Part shown: positions 31,861-42,828 of the stretch, piece by piece | Layout of the letters: every line of letters starts with the position of its first letter | Position numbering within the stretch: position 1 is the stretch's first letter | From: a virus | Lineage: Duplodnaviria > Caudoviricetes | Length of the DNA stretch: 64,000 nt | Reading direction: 5' to 3' (one strand) | IMG/VR virus record: IMGVR_UViG_3300014203_000012 | Span: 119,920-183,919 of that record | The notes under the pieces: model-generated | The model's input: only the letters and a program-made list of their open reading frames with translations | Told to the model about the DNA's origin: nothing | Databases searched by the model: none | Made by a program: the position numbers and the translations under genes

Positions 31861-32526
31861 ATGAGTGGTAAGCTTATTGCGTTTGATGGGCTGGATTGTA
31901 GTTTCAAAGAAACTAATTCTAAGATGTATTTAGAATATTTATTACAGAAAGGCGAAAAGGCAGTATTGTATTCTTTTCCAAGATATAATATGGAGCAATC
32001 GGTTTTTGTGAGAGAATATTTAGCTGGTGCTTATGGTAAAAAGAATGAACTCGATACTACGGTAATATCCATGTTTTATATGATGGATATGTTTGATTGT
32101 GCACAAAAGGAAATCATACCAAAACTAAAAGAAGGATATACTGTTGTTCTTGATAGATATTGGTACTGTAATCTATTTTATCGTTTAGGTTTAGGTGGAG
32201 CTTATAGTGCAATAGTAAGCCATAATATCATATCACAAATTGAAAATCTTGCAAGAAAACTAGATCTACCGAAGGCTGATATTGTAGTAAAACTCAAATC
32301 AGATCCCGACGTTATGCTTGATTTCATTCACAAAAAGAATTCCAAGGCAGATCAGCACGAGTCAGATGATAAATATTTATTAACTGTGGCTAAAGTGTTT
32401 GATGTAATAGATCTTAGTAAATATGTGACAGATCGGGTTGTGGATGTTTATACTACTAAAGATAAACAAATCCGCAATAAAGAAGATATCTTTAATGATA
32501 TACTTGCTGGTATTAATCATGAATAA
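31861..32526 (+). CDS. tmk: Thymidylate (dNMP) kinase
   Basis: LIAFDGLDCSFKET P-loop variant, FPRY, VVLDRY motifs. Confidence 0.85.
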   Translation: MSGKLIAFDGLDCSFKETNSKMYLEYLLQKGEKAVLYSFPRYNMEQSVFVREYLAGAYGKKNELDTTVISMFYMMDMFDCAQKEIIPKLKEGYTVVLDRYWYCNLFYRLGLGGAYSAIVSHNIISQIENLARKLDLPKADIVVKLKSDPDVMLDFIHKKNSKADQHESDDKYLLTVAKVFDVIDLSKYVTDRVVDVYTTKDKQIRNKEDIFNDILAGINHE

Positions 32527-32977
32527 AGATGGGAAAAAGGTAATCGCTATACTTACAGACAGAAGCTTTTATGCACATAATATAGAAGTTCCTATCAATC
32601 ATATATCCGATATACTTAAGGCTAATCATAAGGATACTATTTTTGTATATGGTATGAATAGCCGAGTTGATGATAGTGTAGAGAGATTTTGTGCTACATA
32701 TAGAGTTCCGAAAGAGAATATGATTAAGTTCGAGTACAGTACGGACAATCCAACTATTGTATCAAAACAATTTGCTAATGTGATTACCTACAGTCCAGAT
32801 AAGGTATATATTTTCAGAGATAATCCAAGTAGTGCCGATACTAATACTCTTATAAATAAATGCAAGCAGTATAATATACCAGTCGTTACTATAAATAGCC
32901 AGAACGAAGAGTGTATTATTGACAAACCGTTTGCTCATGATAATAAAATATATTATAAAAATAAAGGAGGATTTTAA
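32519..32977 (+). CDS. SLOG/DUF2493-like nucleotide-binding protein
   Basis: Likely start ATG 32519; IAILTDRSF..VYG..VD..ERFC..VYIFRD..T..LINKCKQYNIPV resembles DUF2493 pattern. Confidence 0.5.
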   Translation: MNKDGKKVIAILTDRSFYAHNIEVPINHISDILKANHKDTIFVYGMNSRVDDSVERFCATYRVPKENMIKFEYSTDNPTIVSKQFANVITYSPDKVYIFRDNPSSADTNTLINKCKQYNIPVVTINSQNEECIIDKPFAHDNKIYYKNKGGF

Positions 32978-34300
32978 ATGAACTTTTTTTCAAAATTAAT
33001 AGGTCTATTTAAAAAAGATAAAGCATTTGATAAGAAAGCAAAATTAATAGTAGACGAGTATGGAGATCTAAGCGTTAGTCTTATATCTTTTAGCGATGCA
33101 TCGTATATGTCAAGCTTTGCTGCAAAAATGTGTGTCGGGGCTCCAGTAGAAGAGGATTATGATAAACGGTTAGGTCATATCTCTCGTGTAATTTCTAGAG
33201 GGCACGAATCTACTATTGCACATTCTAATATTATAATGCTTGTATTACTCGATAGTGCATTTAATTCTAAATTCATCGAGATAGCTCCAGCATTAAAATT
33301 TGCAGAGTATGTCACATCTGAGCAAGAAGATGGGTCTAATGCGATCTTAATTGGCGGTAGTGTTAGAGCATATAAATATTTTTTCCGTGAAGTAAAAGAT
33401 TTGAGCAACCCTATTTGTAATGCAATTAAAGAAACGTTATATCAATCAGCTGAATCTGCTTTCTTTGAAGATTTTATTGCAGATGGGTTAATGGATAAAG
33501 CTAAGTTTCAGTTCTATCCAATTGCTAATACAAATGTTGTAAGCGAAGAAGTAGCTGATGCAGATGGGGAAAAATATATGCAAGATTATTGTGAAGCCAC
33601 TGTCAAAGCTCAGAATATTTTAAAGGGTAAAGTATGTGATATTGCATATGCTGATGATGTATTAGGTATTTTGGATAAAGTTGAAGGATATGGTTTTACC
33701 CTTCGCGATATATTAAAACTCACAACTTGTACTGTTATTTTCCACGATATTTCTAGGATTATCTCTCAGCAACTTACTCGCCATCTTGCTGGTATTGCGC
33801 AAGAATCTCAACGATATGTAGATTACAGTACTGCTAAATTTATAGATCCTACTCAATTTAATAAAAAATATGATATGACTAAAAATTATAAAATTGAGAT
33901 TGGTCTTAATAAATATGAAATGTCTTCTACTGAACTTGGTAAAATGCTTCTTTTAATATATCCTCAACTTGTCGCGCAGGGTATGCTTAAACAGGATGCT
34001 AGAGGATTCTTGGTGCAGAATGGAGAAACTAAACTTGTTATGACATTTACACTTTCTAACTTAATTCATTTTATCAAGGAAAGAAAACCTAATGTTGCAC
34101 AGCCAGAGGCACAATATATCACAAATGATATGATCGAAGGGTTATACAAGTATGAAGCAACAACGTATCTATTTAGCAGTATTGGTGTTGATGGGCTAAT
34201 CAATATTTGTGAAACTCCAGTATATAAAGCTAAAGAAGGAGAAGATTTAGCAGCGATAGAAAATTCTATTGACGAGATTATATCTGAGGAGGAAATATAA
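32978..34300 (+). CDS. thyX: Flavin-dependent thymidylate synthase
   Basis: GHESTIAH and ISRIISQQLTRHLAGIAQESQRYV, ARGFL motifs; long form. Confidence 0.85.
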   Translation: MNFFSKLIGLFKKDKAFDKKAKLIVDEYGDLSVSLISFSDASYMSSFAAKMCVGAPVEEDYDKRLGHISRVISRGHESTIAHSNIIMLVLLDSAFNSKFIEIAPALKFAEYVTSEQEDGSNAILIGGSVRAYKYFFREVKDLSNPICNAIKETLYQSAESAFFEDFIADGLMDKAKFQFYPIANTNVVSEEVADADGEKYMQDYCEATVKAQNILKGKVCDIAYADDVLGILDKVEGYGFTLRDILKLTTCTVIFHDISRIISQQLTRHLAGIAQESQRYVDYSTAKFIDPTQFNKKYDMTKNYKIEIGLNKYEMSSTELGKMLLLIYPQLVAQGMLKQDARGFLVQNGETKLVMTFTLSNLIHFIKERKPNVAQPEAQYITNDMIEGLYKYEATTYLFSSIGVDGLINICETPVYKAKEGEDLAAIENSIDEIISEEEI

Positions 34301-34563
34301 TGACACCAGAGACTAGAACTAATTTAGAAACTGCACATAATAATCTAATCCCATCAAAGAGAAGAGTTTTACGACTCAAAGATGGAACTGAAAAATCTTT
34401 CATTGATCTTAAACCGAACGATATATTTCAAGTTATCGAGCCAGACGGTGTAGTTGATTCGTACGTAAGCGATGGAAAAACAGTAAGTTGGAACAAATGT
34501 GTAGATGAACCGTACCTCAATGCCGAAAGTGTTGTAACTGTAAAAGTAGAGCCTGTAATTTAA
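34300..34563 (+). CDS. Hypothetical protein
   Basis: 87 aa, TAATG coupling and GAGGAGG RBS. Confidence 0.7.
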   Translation: MTPETRTNLETAHNNLIPSKRRVLRLKDGTEKSFIDLKPNDIFQVIEPDGVVDSYVSDGKTVSWNKCVDEPYLNAESVVTVKVEPVI

Positions 34564-34631
34564 AATATATACACATCTCTACACTATATTGAACTAGAAA
34601 AGATCTACCTAAATAAAGGAGGAGATATAAA

Positions 34632-35051
34632 ATGAACAATTTTAAACAATTTACTACATTTGAAGATGGTATAACAGAACTATGTAAACTAGTACCTGAT
34701 GTCACAAAATACACTAAGTACACAAAAACTGAACAAGAGGTATCTAGTAAGTTAATGGAGTGCATTAAAGATAACTATCCTACTGTCTATAGTCCAGAAT
34801 ATCCTGCAACTTATTCGCTAAGTATAAGTGCTCGTGAGGTTGGATTTAAAACACGCAGTTTCTTTGCATTCGGTTGGAAAATTCTAATATCCCCTAAAGA
34901 TAATACAGTTACATATGGTTTCCGTATTTCTTTTAGCGACTTTAAAAATATCTTTAATAATAAAACAGAAGAGCTTTTGGCAACCAATGGTTGGGCATCA
35001 ATACCAACTATTAAAAGAGATATTAAAAAACCCGTTGCCACTAAAGTATGA
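34632..35051 (+). CDS. Hypothetical protein
   Basis: 139 aa, AGGAGGAG RBS, hairpin 35058-35087 downstream. Confidence 0.7.
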   Translation: MNNFKQFTTFEDGITELCKLVPDVTKYTKYTKTEQEVSSKLMECIKDNYPTVYSPEYPATYSLSISAREVGFKTRSFFAFGWKILISPKDNTVTYGFRISFSDFKNIFNNKTEELLATNGWASIPTIKRDIKKPVATKV

Positions 35052-35123
35052 TGATATAATGCACTAGAGCAATTGCTCTAGTGCATTCTCTTGTTTACAT
35101 ACACTTAAAGGTGGTGATATTAT

Positions 35124-35855
35124 ATGGCAAGGAATCCTAATAATGTAATTAAAGTTGATTATAATGCTCTAAAATCAGAGGTAGTTAAAATTGAAAGCCT
35201 TCCAGAATTTGATATACCGGATTATGATTTAGCCAATCATAAAGAGTTTCCTAAATATATCTCGGCAATAGAAAAGATATGTAGAGGATCATTTGAGTAT
35301 AAACAGTATGTAGGGTTTTTAAGAGATTATGTTGATATGAATAAATGTAGTTTTTATAAAAACGTTACTAATATGGACTCGTTTAAAATTAAGATCCACA
35401 TACACCACGAACCCATAACACTATATGATATTGTGCTTGCAGTGTATAATAAACGATGCGCTTTCAGAGAATCCATTTCAGATGAAATGGTCGCTAAAGA
35501 AGTAATGTATAATCACTACAAGATGAATATAGGACTAATTCCATTATCTGAGACTGTTCATGAATTGGTTCATAATCAATATCTGTTCGTACCAACTACT
35601 GCAGTATTTGGGGTGTATAAAACATTTGTTGATATTTATAAAGATTTCATAGAAGAGGAAACTTTGGATAATCTAAGAAAAGCAGAAGAGGCTAGCACTC
35701 ACTACAATTATACACAAGCTGAATCTTTACTAAACACTAATATGATATTCATTGACCCCTCAGGAGCATACAAATTACCCAAGTATGAAGATGTCATTTC
35801 TAGTATGAAAGCTAGAGTTGAAGAGTTAAAACTGCCAGCTAGCGCTCGATCGTAA
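35124..35855 (+). CDS. HNH-like protein (paralog of 46115-46813)
   Basis: IHIHHEPITLYDI...LIPLSETVHELVH. Confidence 0.55.
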   Translation: MARNPNNVIKVDYNALKSEVVKIESLPEFDIPDYDLANHKEFPKYISAIEKICRGSFEYKQYVGFLRDYVDMNKCSFYKNVTNMDSFKIKIHIHHEPITLYDIVLAVYNKRCAFRESISDEMVAKEVMYNHYKMNIGLIPLSETVHELVHNQYLFVPTTAVFGVYKTFVDIYKDFIEEETLDNLRKAEEASTHYNYTQAESLLNTNMIFIDPSGAYKLPKYEDVISSMKARVEELKLPASARS

Positions 35856-35917
35856 TACTATGATATCTTACTTATATATTATAAAGATGAGAATAATAAA
35901 AAGTGAGGTAATATAAT

Positions 35918-36043
35918 ATGACTAATGTTAAATATTTACTACTAAACGTGTCAAGACCTAAAGTTAGATTACCTAAGGTTTATCCTAGGATAATCAAATT
36001 CGCTATCAATTTTTATCAGAAATATTTCTTTCTATCTATATAA
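35918..36043 (+). CDS. Small basic peptide (41 aa, not in ORF track)
   Basis: Early motif 35872-35891, GAGGT RBS, MTNVKYLLLNVSRPKVRLPKVYPRIIKFAINFYQKYFFLSI, hairpin 36048-36067. Confidence 0.55.
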   Translation: MTNVKYLLLNVSRPKVRLPKVYPRIIKFAINFYQKYFFLSI

Positions 36044-36139
36044 AGATAAGGCGGGTCTTCCCGCTTTATTTTTTGTTTGTGTGGAACATAATAGTAAAAT
36101 TCTCTCTAACACAGGTGAATTAAATGTGGAGGTGTAGGT

Positions 36140-36625
36140 ATGTCCTTATTCAAAAATAGTACACAACTTATTATTGAAATGACTAAAGGTGAAGGTGGAA
36201 TTACTGATGATGATCTAGATATCAAACTTAATTCCATTAGTTTTGATGATGTATTGGCTGACATGCAGTCTATCCAAATGGGTGAACTTGGATATAAAGT
36301 TGAAATGGTTACTGTCCGTGAATGCAAACGTCTTGGCTATGATTTAGTAGAAATGGATGAACTTGCAAAATACATGGTAAGTAATAACATTCGCGACTTT
36401 AAAGAAGCGATTGAAAATGTTGCTGAATCGTGTGCTCGCGATTCTAAGAAATTTGCTATTGTTATTGATGAAGCTTCAATTAGAAATTCGATATATGAGG
36501 CAGAATGTAGTTCAAAATGCGCCGATGAAGTTTTCAAAAAGGCTAAAGTTAACAATGTTGCTGATACTAAGAAAGTATTAGATATCCTTTATGATAAAGG
36601 CTTAAATGTCGTCAAAAGGGGATAA
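36140..36625 (+). CDS. Hypothetical protein, probably virion-associated
   Basis: 161 aa, GGAGGT RBS, AACA-N6-TA at 36085-36096, hairpin 36637-36674. Confidence 0.65.
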   Translation: MSLFKNSTQLIIEMTKGEGGITDDDLDIKLNSISFDDVLADMQSIQMGELGYKVEMVTVRECKRLGYDLVEMDELAKYMVSNNIRDFKEAIENVAESCARDSKKFAIVIDEASIRNSIYEAECSSKCADEVFKKAKVNNVADTKKVLDILYDKGLNVVKRG

Positions 36626-36728
36626 TATTACAATTAAATATATCGGATAGCCTTATTCGGCTATCCGATATATTGTGTCTTAATATTACTCCTAAATATA
36701 TATTATATAGGTGATAAACTAATAAGGA

Positions 36729-37109
36729 GTGGATAAAATGAACTTAGAAAATCATGATAATATAAATACAATTTTAAAATATTTATTACAATGTCTAGCT
36801 ATGGTAGATAAGGCATATATAGTTAGAAGCAATTTCATATCTAGTATACATACAGCAGATACTCTAGCTATAAAATTATTTGCGTTAAAACACAATCTAT
36901 TAACCGATGAAGATTTTAAAGAATGGATTGACGAGGCATTATGCTATATGCATGATATTAAAAAAGATATACGAGCTAGAATAAGCAGAATGCCACAAAA
37001 AGAACTAATGATATTAATGAACGACGAATCCGCAACATTCAAATTTATAGAGAAATACCTAACTAAAGAGGAGGAATTAAAAAATGATCGCTTTTTTCAA
37101 TGCAGTTAA
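36729..37109 (+). CDS. Hypothetical protein
   Basis: Early motif 36696-36714; true start may be ATG 36738. Confidence 0.65.
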   Translation: MDKMNLENHDNINTILKYLLQCLAMVDKAYIVRSNFISSIHTADTLAIKLFALKHNLLTDEDFKEWIDEALCYMHDIKKDIRARISRMPQKELMILMNDESATFKFIEKYLTKEEELKNDRFFQCS

Positions 37110-37779
37110 TACCTATACAGACGCATCAATAGTAAAAGATATTGATGGGAATTTCATATCATGCGCTGGGTTTGTAACCACGTTTCATGGTGAGATAATA
37201 GACAAAGGGACTAAAATAGTATACCAAACTACAAATAACTATGGAGAGATAATGGCTATATATTTGGGTATTCAAAGCTTATTATCTTTTAAAGAATATG
37301 ATGCATTTCTCAATCTGTTTTCTGATTCTAAAATATCAGTATTCGGATTAAAGGAATGGATTTATGGTTGGTTAAGAAATATGGATAGCAGAACAAAAAT
37401 GCTAATCAATTCTAGTGGGACCAACGTAGCCAATCAGGACATATTTTGTAACATTATAAATTTCATTGTACAAAATAATACACATCTATCTATTTATCAT
37501 CAGCGGGGTCATCAGAATCCAGCTAATGTAACTCATATGGAAGTGGTAAGAAAATCATTTTTGGAAAATAATAATATTGAAATTACTGATGATATAATCC
37601 GAGAAATTTGCTATTATAATGACGTAGTTGATAATATGACTAGGGATGCATTGGTGCGTACAGTTGCAAAGGACGGGTTCAATCCACAGACTTGTAGAAA
37701 GCCTAAGATTGTAGCTACCAGAGTATTGAATTGGGATATGATGAAACAATATAAAACATTAATCGAAGGGAAGGGTTAA
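37084..37779 (+). CDS. rnhA: Ribonuclease HI
   Basis: YTDAS, TNNYGEIMAI, FSDS, HQRGH, NDVVD catalytic pattern. Confidence 0.85.
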   Translation: MIAFFNAVNTYTDASIVKDIDGNFISCAGFVTTFHGEIIDKGTKIVYQTTNNYGEIMAIYLGIQSLLSFKEYDAFLNLFSDSKISVFGLKEWIYGWLRNMDSRTKMLINSSGTNVANQDIFCNIINFIVQNNTHLSIYHQRGHQNPANVTHMEVVRKSFLENNNIEITDDIIREICYYNDVVDNMTRDALVRTVAKDGFNPQTCRKPKIVATRVLNWDMMKQYKTLIEGKG

Positions 37780-37781
37780 AT

Positions 37782-38180
37782 ATGGAAACTGTTAACGAAG
37801 CTACTGTAGTTACTACAGGGGGAAGATTTTATACAGATAAAATGAATTCGTGTTATGATGAATTTTTAAGGCTCAAACCAGATTTTAATGTTCTTGGTGA
37901 GGTATTCTTTGCACTACTACACGATGCAACAATATCGCTTATTAAATCTGCAGCTAAGAGCTGTGACAATGCAACGCTAAATGATAATACTGAGAGTATA
38001 GTTAATTTGACAGATAAGTATGCTAGATTATATTTTGCGCTACAACGAGAAGAGACAGCTTTACTAATGCTTAGGTCAGCGTTGTATGACATAATTCGTG
38101 GATATGATTATACAAATAACAAGTACGATGCATTAGCATTAAATTTATATGAACGTATTCGAAAGTTAATAACAGTTTAG
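37782..38180 (+). CDS. Hypothetical protein
   Basis: 132-aa ORF in operon. Confidence 0.7.
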   Translation: METVNEATVVTTGGRFYTDKMNSCYDEFLRLKPDFNVLGEVFFALLHDATISLIKSAAKSCDNATLNDNTESIVNLTDKYARLYFALQREETALLMLRSALYDIIRGYDYTNNKYDALALNLYERIRKLITV

Positions 38181-38241
38181 AATATATATTATATAGATGA
38201 GCATGGATAAATTGTATTAAGAGAGAGAAAGGGAGATTAAT

Positions 38242-41200
38242 ATGGCTTGCAATAATTTAGAGCATAATTACAATTGTAATTGTGATAAAGATGGAAAAGT
38301 TATACTTATCGAGATATCAGATGATATCATTACTGGATACAACGGATTAATCGCTGCTATTCCAGACACAGATTCACTTCTAGCGGAATTTAATGGATAT
38401 ATCCAACAGTATGGTGGATTGGATAAGGTGTGCGAAATATTTCCTTATATCGATCTTGATCTTAACCGTTATGGTATATTCGTTCCTAAGAACATGAATC
38501 CATTTTCTAAGTTTTCTAATATGTATCATATTATGAAAGCTAGAAGACGAGACGAAGCTAAAGATTATGCCGCAATGGAGGCAAATAGGGTAACTAAAAA
38601 TGAAAACGGCTCAGTATTTGGTAGTGGCTTTTCTGGACTTCCTATGATGCCACCTGAACAGCCAATGATGGGTGCCTATGTTCCAGCGAATGAATACGAT
38701 CAATCTATGCAAATGGGATACAATCAACCTATGATGCAACAATCATCTATACCTGGATTCGTTCCAGCTAATGGGTATGCGCAAAATATGCAACAACCAC
38801 AGCATATTAATATGGGTGGATATGTATCTGTCAATGGTCAATGCCAAATCAATTCTATGGATAGTTATACTTCATCTGCTCAGAACTATACAAATACAAG
38901 TCGAGAAGCTGAACAGTTTGCACTAGCTGCCGCTCAAGTGTTTGTTAGTAGAGAAGAAGAAAATCCAGCAGACAAAGAGCCAACTATAAGTTTTGGTTCT
39001 AATAAGTTTGTAGAAAATGAAAAGGAAACTGGCTATAGTTTCAATTGCAATAAAATAGGCGATATGGAGCCCGAAGGTGGTTTATTAAATTTTAACCCAG
39101 AATGGCATCCTAATGATCCTAGAAATTATGCACAAACCCAACCACAACAAATGGTAGGCGGTGCATTCGGTATGCCATTCGTTCCACAGACTAACTACTA
39201 TCAAACTCCTGGATTTGTAAACGAGAACCGATCGGATAAGGAGACGTTCTTTTCGGTTGGTAAATTGGCTCAAGATAGGATGTTGCAACAGCCTAATCTT
39301 GATACAAATATTCCTTATATGAATGCACAAAATAAGAACTGGAAACCTAATCATCCAATTCTTAAAAATGCAGAATTTCCAGAGGGGATTGATGAATCCC
39401 ACCCAGAGTTTGAAAGAGTTAGAAACCAGATGAAGTTCGAATGCTTCGGGCCAGAAGCTGAAATGGCTAGAGCATATACTCCAAGCATAGACCCTTCTAT
39501 ATTAAATAGAAATATTATCGACACTGGAGATCCAACTATGTTAGCTCCAGAAATGGATGAGGCTGAAGTTGAACATAGGTTATTGGATGAACAATTTGGT
39601 GAACGCAGAAGAATGAAAATATCGCAAGTTAATCAGGCAGAAAGCGATTTCGTTGCAATGATGCACCAACAACAACCACCTACAACAATGCCGCAGAATC
39701 TTGGAGGGAATCCATATTTTGCAAATAATCCTTGGCTACAAAATCATCAAGCCCAAATGGCTCGTATGAGCAATATGGGCATGGCAAATAGTGGTGGATA
39801 TTATGGAGCAGTCCCAGGTATGAACATGATGCCTCCTGCTATTGGCATGATGCCTAACATGGGGATGATTCCTGGAGCGAACGCTCAGTATTTTCAGACA
39901 GATAATGAATGGATGCTTCCAACTGAAGAAGAAATAAAAACTGGAAAGGTGGCAATAGCTACAGTTGTCAGGGATGGTAAAATATCTGAGGACATCGTAG
40001 AGCCTGTAAGAAAAAGAGAAGAGGAGGATATTAAAGTCGCAATAGTGCGAAAACACACTGATGAAAATGGAGTTGAATATGACGAATTTCTATATGGAGA
40101 TAGGGAGGCTGCTAACGAAAACCCAAATAAAGATTCATTAACCTACAAAGAAGCTGCTACAATTGCAAAGAGAAGTGAATTGGAGGAGGATACGTACGTA
40201 CTTGCTAAAGAATTAGCTAGGTATAATACGTTATTATCTGATAGCTTAATATGGTATCAGAAGAATGTAGGTATGGACGAATTTATGGAAATAAGACGGG
40301 AGGCACAAAAACAGCTAATCCGATATAGGAATGAGGATAAATTATCAAATATTAAATCTACTGTATTTATTGCAGGAGATAAAACAGTGGTACGACCACC
40401 AAAACCTACAAATATGGAGGAGTTGGAAAAGATAGCTCGTAAAGAGTTATCTGGTCATCAAACCCAAAAGGATAAGGAGGATAGTATTGTTGATAGATAT
40501 CGCAATGTAAACTCTGCTCTTAATACACAAAAGAGAGCAATTCTTAACGGAACCTCTGTTACTGAAATCATCACTAAACTTCAGGCGCTAACCGACATGC
40601 GGATAAATTGTGGTGATGCTGAAATTGAAATGAACGAAAGGATCGATCAGCGTATTAAATGCCTACCTCCAATTAAGATAGAAGAACGGGAAAATTATCT
40701 TATTTGGAAACGATTGATGAAGAGTGCTAAAGCATATACTGGTAGGGATATTAGTAATTTTGATGAGCAGTTTGATGAATGGTGGAACAAACCTAGGATA
40801 GTTACACCTGCACAAAAGAAAGAACAGTTTGAGAAGTATAGAACTCGTATGACTGAGCTATCTATTGAGCATCTTAACCGAATAGTATCAAACTCTCCAA
40901 CTCCTGAACAGAGAGAAAAGACTTATATCGATGCGGTACTAAAATCATGGCGTGACTATGATAAAGGCTACATCACTCAAGATATGGGTTTGTATGAGCA
41001 CTTTGATAAACTTGGTTTCTTGTTAACTCGAAATATTGAAGTCCAGATCGAAAGGGATTCCAATAAAGCGAGTAAATTGTATGATCCTTCCTCATATTTA
41101 GCTGAAGTCAGAAAGCATTCAGCTATAAGAAATATGCAAGAGGGTAAAGGTTATATTCCTACAATGGATCTCATGGATCAAAAAGTATATAACCGCAAAA

Positions 41201-41256
41201 GACAAGATTTCATTAATCAAATATTCAAAAAAGCTAATAGGGGGACGATAACCTAA
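38242..41256 (+). CDS. Large protein with Q/M/P/G/N-rich low-complexity regions
   Basis: 1004 aa; segments such as PMMPPEQPMMGAY, QQPQHINMGGY, GMNMMPPAIGMMPNMGMIPG; early motif 38181-38201. Confidence 0.75.
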   Translation: MACNNLEHNYNCNCDKDGKVILIEISDDIITGYNGLIAAIPDTDSLLAEFNGYIQQYGGLDKVCEIFPYIDLDLNRYGIFVPKNMNPFSKFSNMYHIMKARRRDEAKDYAAMEANRVTKNENGSVFGSGFSGLPMMPPEQPMMGAYVPANEYDQSMQMGYNQPMMQQSSIPGFVPANGYAQNMQQPQHINMGGYVSVNGQCQINSMDSYTSSAQNYTNTSREAEQFALAAAQVFVSREEENPADKEPTISFGSNKFVENEKETGYSFNCNKIGDMEPEGGLLNFNPEWHPNDPRNYAQTQPQQMVGGAFGMPFVPQTNYYQTPGFVNENRSDKETFFSVGKLAQDRMLQQPNLDTNIPYMNAQNKNWKPNHPILKNAEFPEGIDESHPEFERVRNQMKFECFGPEAEMARAYTPSIDPSILNRNIIDTGDPTMLAPEMDEAEVEHRLLDEQFGERRRMKISQVNQAESDFVAMMHQQQPPTTMPQNLGGNPYFANNPWLQNHQAQMARMSNMGMANSGGYYGAVPGMNMMPPAIGMMPNMGMIPGANAQYFQTDNEWMLPTEEEIKTGKVAIATVVRDGKISEDIVEPVRKREEEDIKVAIVRKHTDENGVEYDEFLYGDREAANENPNKDSLTYKEAATIAKRSELEEDTYVLAKELARYNTLLSDSLIWYQKNVGMDEFMEIRREAQKQLIRYRNEDKLSNIKSTVFIAGDKTVVRPPKPTNMEELEKIARKELSGHQTQKDKEDSIVDRYRNVNSALNTQKRAILNGTSVTEIITKLQALTDMRINCGDAEIEMNERIDQRIKCLPPIKIEERENYLIWKRLMKSAKAYTGRDISNFDEQFDEWWNKPRIVTPAQKKEQFEKYRTRMTELSIEHLNRIVSNSPTPEQREKTYIDAVLKSWRDYDKGYITQDMGLYEHFDKLGFLLTRNIEVQIERDSNKASKLYDPSSYLAEVRKHSAIRNMQEGKGYIPTMDLMDQKVYNRKRQDFINQIFKKANRGTIT

Positions 41257-42812
41257 TGGCTAGAATAGATATTCTAAAAGAGATATACTGCAAGAAAAGG
41301 CTTATCAAGGATTTTGACTTTGATAAGCTTTTTCATTATCCTATATCATATTATCTAAATGCAAATGATATAATTAGATTACGCTACCTTGCAACCTCGG
41401 CTAAATGGTCGTCTAAACAAAAGAAAGATAAAATTGCAGAGATTAATAGCGTAATGAACCCAAGAGGGTTTAAATGGTTTGCCACAGGAACTAATAGAAT
41501 CATTTACAAGAATGAATACGACCAGTCATTCTTAATAAAAGTTGCATTTGATAGTGTTGGTATGAAAGACAATCCAGACGAATTCTACAATCAAGGATTT
41601 GTAAAGCCATTTGTTGCAAAGACGTTTGATGTGTCTCCATGTGGGACAGTCAGTTTAGTCGAAAGAGTAAATCCAATTGCTAATAGGTTTGAATTTGAAG
41701 ATATTGCAGGAGAGATCTTTGATATACTTCATAACTTCTTTGTCGGTAAATATATTTTAGAAGATATAGGAACTGACTTCTTTAAGAATTGGGGAATCAG
41801 GGACGGGTTTGGCCCCGTCCTATTAGATTTCCCATATCTATATGAAACAGATGGGGATAAGCTGCAATGTATAGCTATATACCCGAATGGGCAACATTGC
41901 GATGGTATAATTGATTATGATAATGGCTTAAACACACTAGTATGTGAGAAGTGTAATAAACGCTACTCGGCTAGAAGTTTAGGTAAAGTTAATCATATAA
42001 AGTCTATTAAAAATAAAATTATTGAGGAGGATTCTAATATGGAAAGCGAAATTTTAGTATCTGTTGTTAAAAATGGTAAGGAATACAAGTTGTACAGTGA
42101 ATCTGATTGTATAGCACCCAATGCGTATAAGCAAAGAAAGCGTATCGTTGGTGAGGATAATCTCACTGCATGTGTAATCGGTGGGTATATTAAGAAAGCA
42201 GAACCAACTAAGACTGACAACTCTCATATTAGCGATATTGTTAAGAAGCAATTGAAAGAATTTCAAATTCAGACTGATACTGTTGTAAGCGTGACAGTTC
42301 AAAGCCCTGATGTGATCGAACAGACTGAGTTTGTTGAAGTGCCACCAAAGCATTTCAAGAGTCCAGACAAAAATTCTGAACTTGAATTTCAAGACGAATC
42401 AATCGAAAAAGATTTCGCGGATGAAGCTAAAAAGGAACAGCAAGAGCTGGAAGATAATGAAGCTAAAGCAGTTCCAGTAGTAAACGCTAAAGAAAGAGCG
42501 CTTATGAATAGATTCATGACAACTCAAATGAAAAAATTTCAGTTTGGTGATTATACAGAACCATCTCAAACTCAACGTACTGATATGATCGATTATTTGA
42601 TAGTAGCTGTAACTGCAAAATATACACTCGATCCTGAAATTGCAGTTATGGCTGTATCTGAATTTGTCGATACCCAGTATCATTTTGAAGCTGAGAAGAC
42701 TGATATTGCTAAAGCTGAAGATTTGGCTAAAAAATACTATGGCGATAAATCATATGAATGTGAAGACTCAATAGAACCTATGGCTAAACGTAGTATTTCT
42801 AAAGAATTCTAA
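41256..42812 (+). CDS. Protein-kinase-like protein with Zn ribbon and acidic tail
   Basis: ATGTNRIIY (Gly loop), LIKVA, N..E, EDIG..FKNWG (catalytic loop), LLDFP; C..HC..CEKC. Confidence 0.65.
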   Translation: MARIDILKEIYCKKRLIKDFDFDKLFHYPISYYLNANDIIRLRYLATSAKWSSKQKKDKIAEINSVMNPRGFKWFATGTNRIIYKNEYDQSFLIKVAFDSVGMKDNPDEFYNQGFVKPFVAKTFDVSPCGTVSLVERVNPIANRFEFEDIAGEIFDILHNFFVGKYILEDIGTDFFKNWGIRDGFGPVLLDFPYLYETDGDKLQCIAIYPNGQHCDGIIDYDNGLNTLVCEKCNKRYSARSLGKVNHIKSIKNKIIEEDSNMESEILVSVVKNGKEYKLYSESDCIAPNAYKQRKRIVGEDNLTACVIGGYIKKAEPTKTDNSHISDIVKKQLKEFQIQTDTVVSVTVQSPDVIEQTEFVEVPPKHFKSPDKNSELEFQDESIEKDFADEAKKEQQELEDNEAKAVPVVNAKERALMNRFMTTQMKKFQFGDYTEPSQTQRTDMIDYLIVAVTAKYTLDPEIAVMAVSEFVDTQYHFEAEKTDIAKAEDLAKKYYGDKSYECEDSIEPMAKRSISKEF

Positions 42813-42828
42813 AAGGGGGTTGAGCTAA

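Noticed and set aside
38242-41256. Chimallin (phage nucleus shell) assignment for the large early protein
   Set aside because: No recognisable similarity; size and low-complexity composition do not fit
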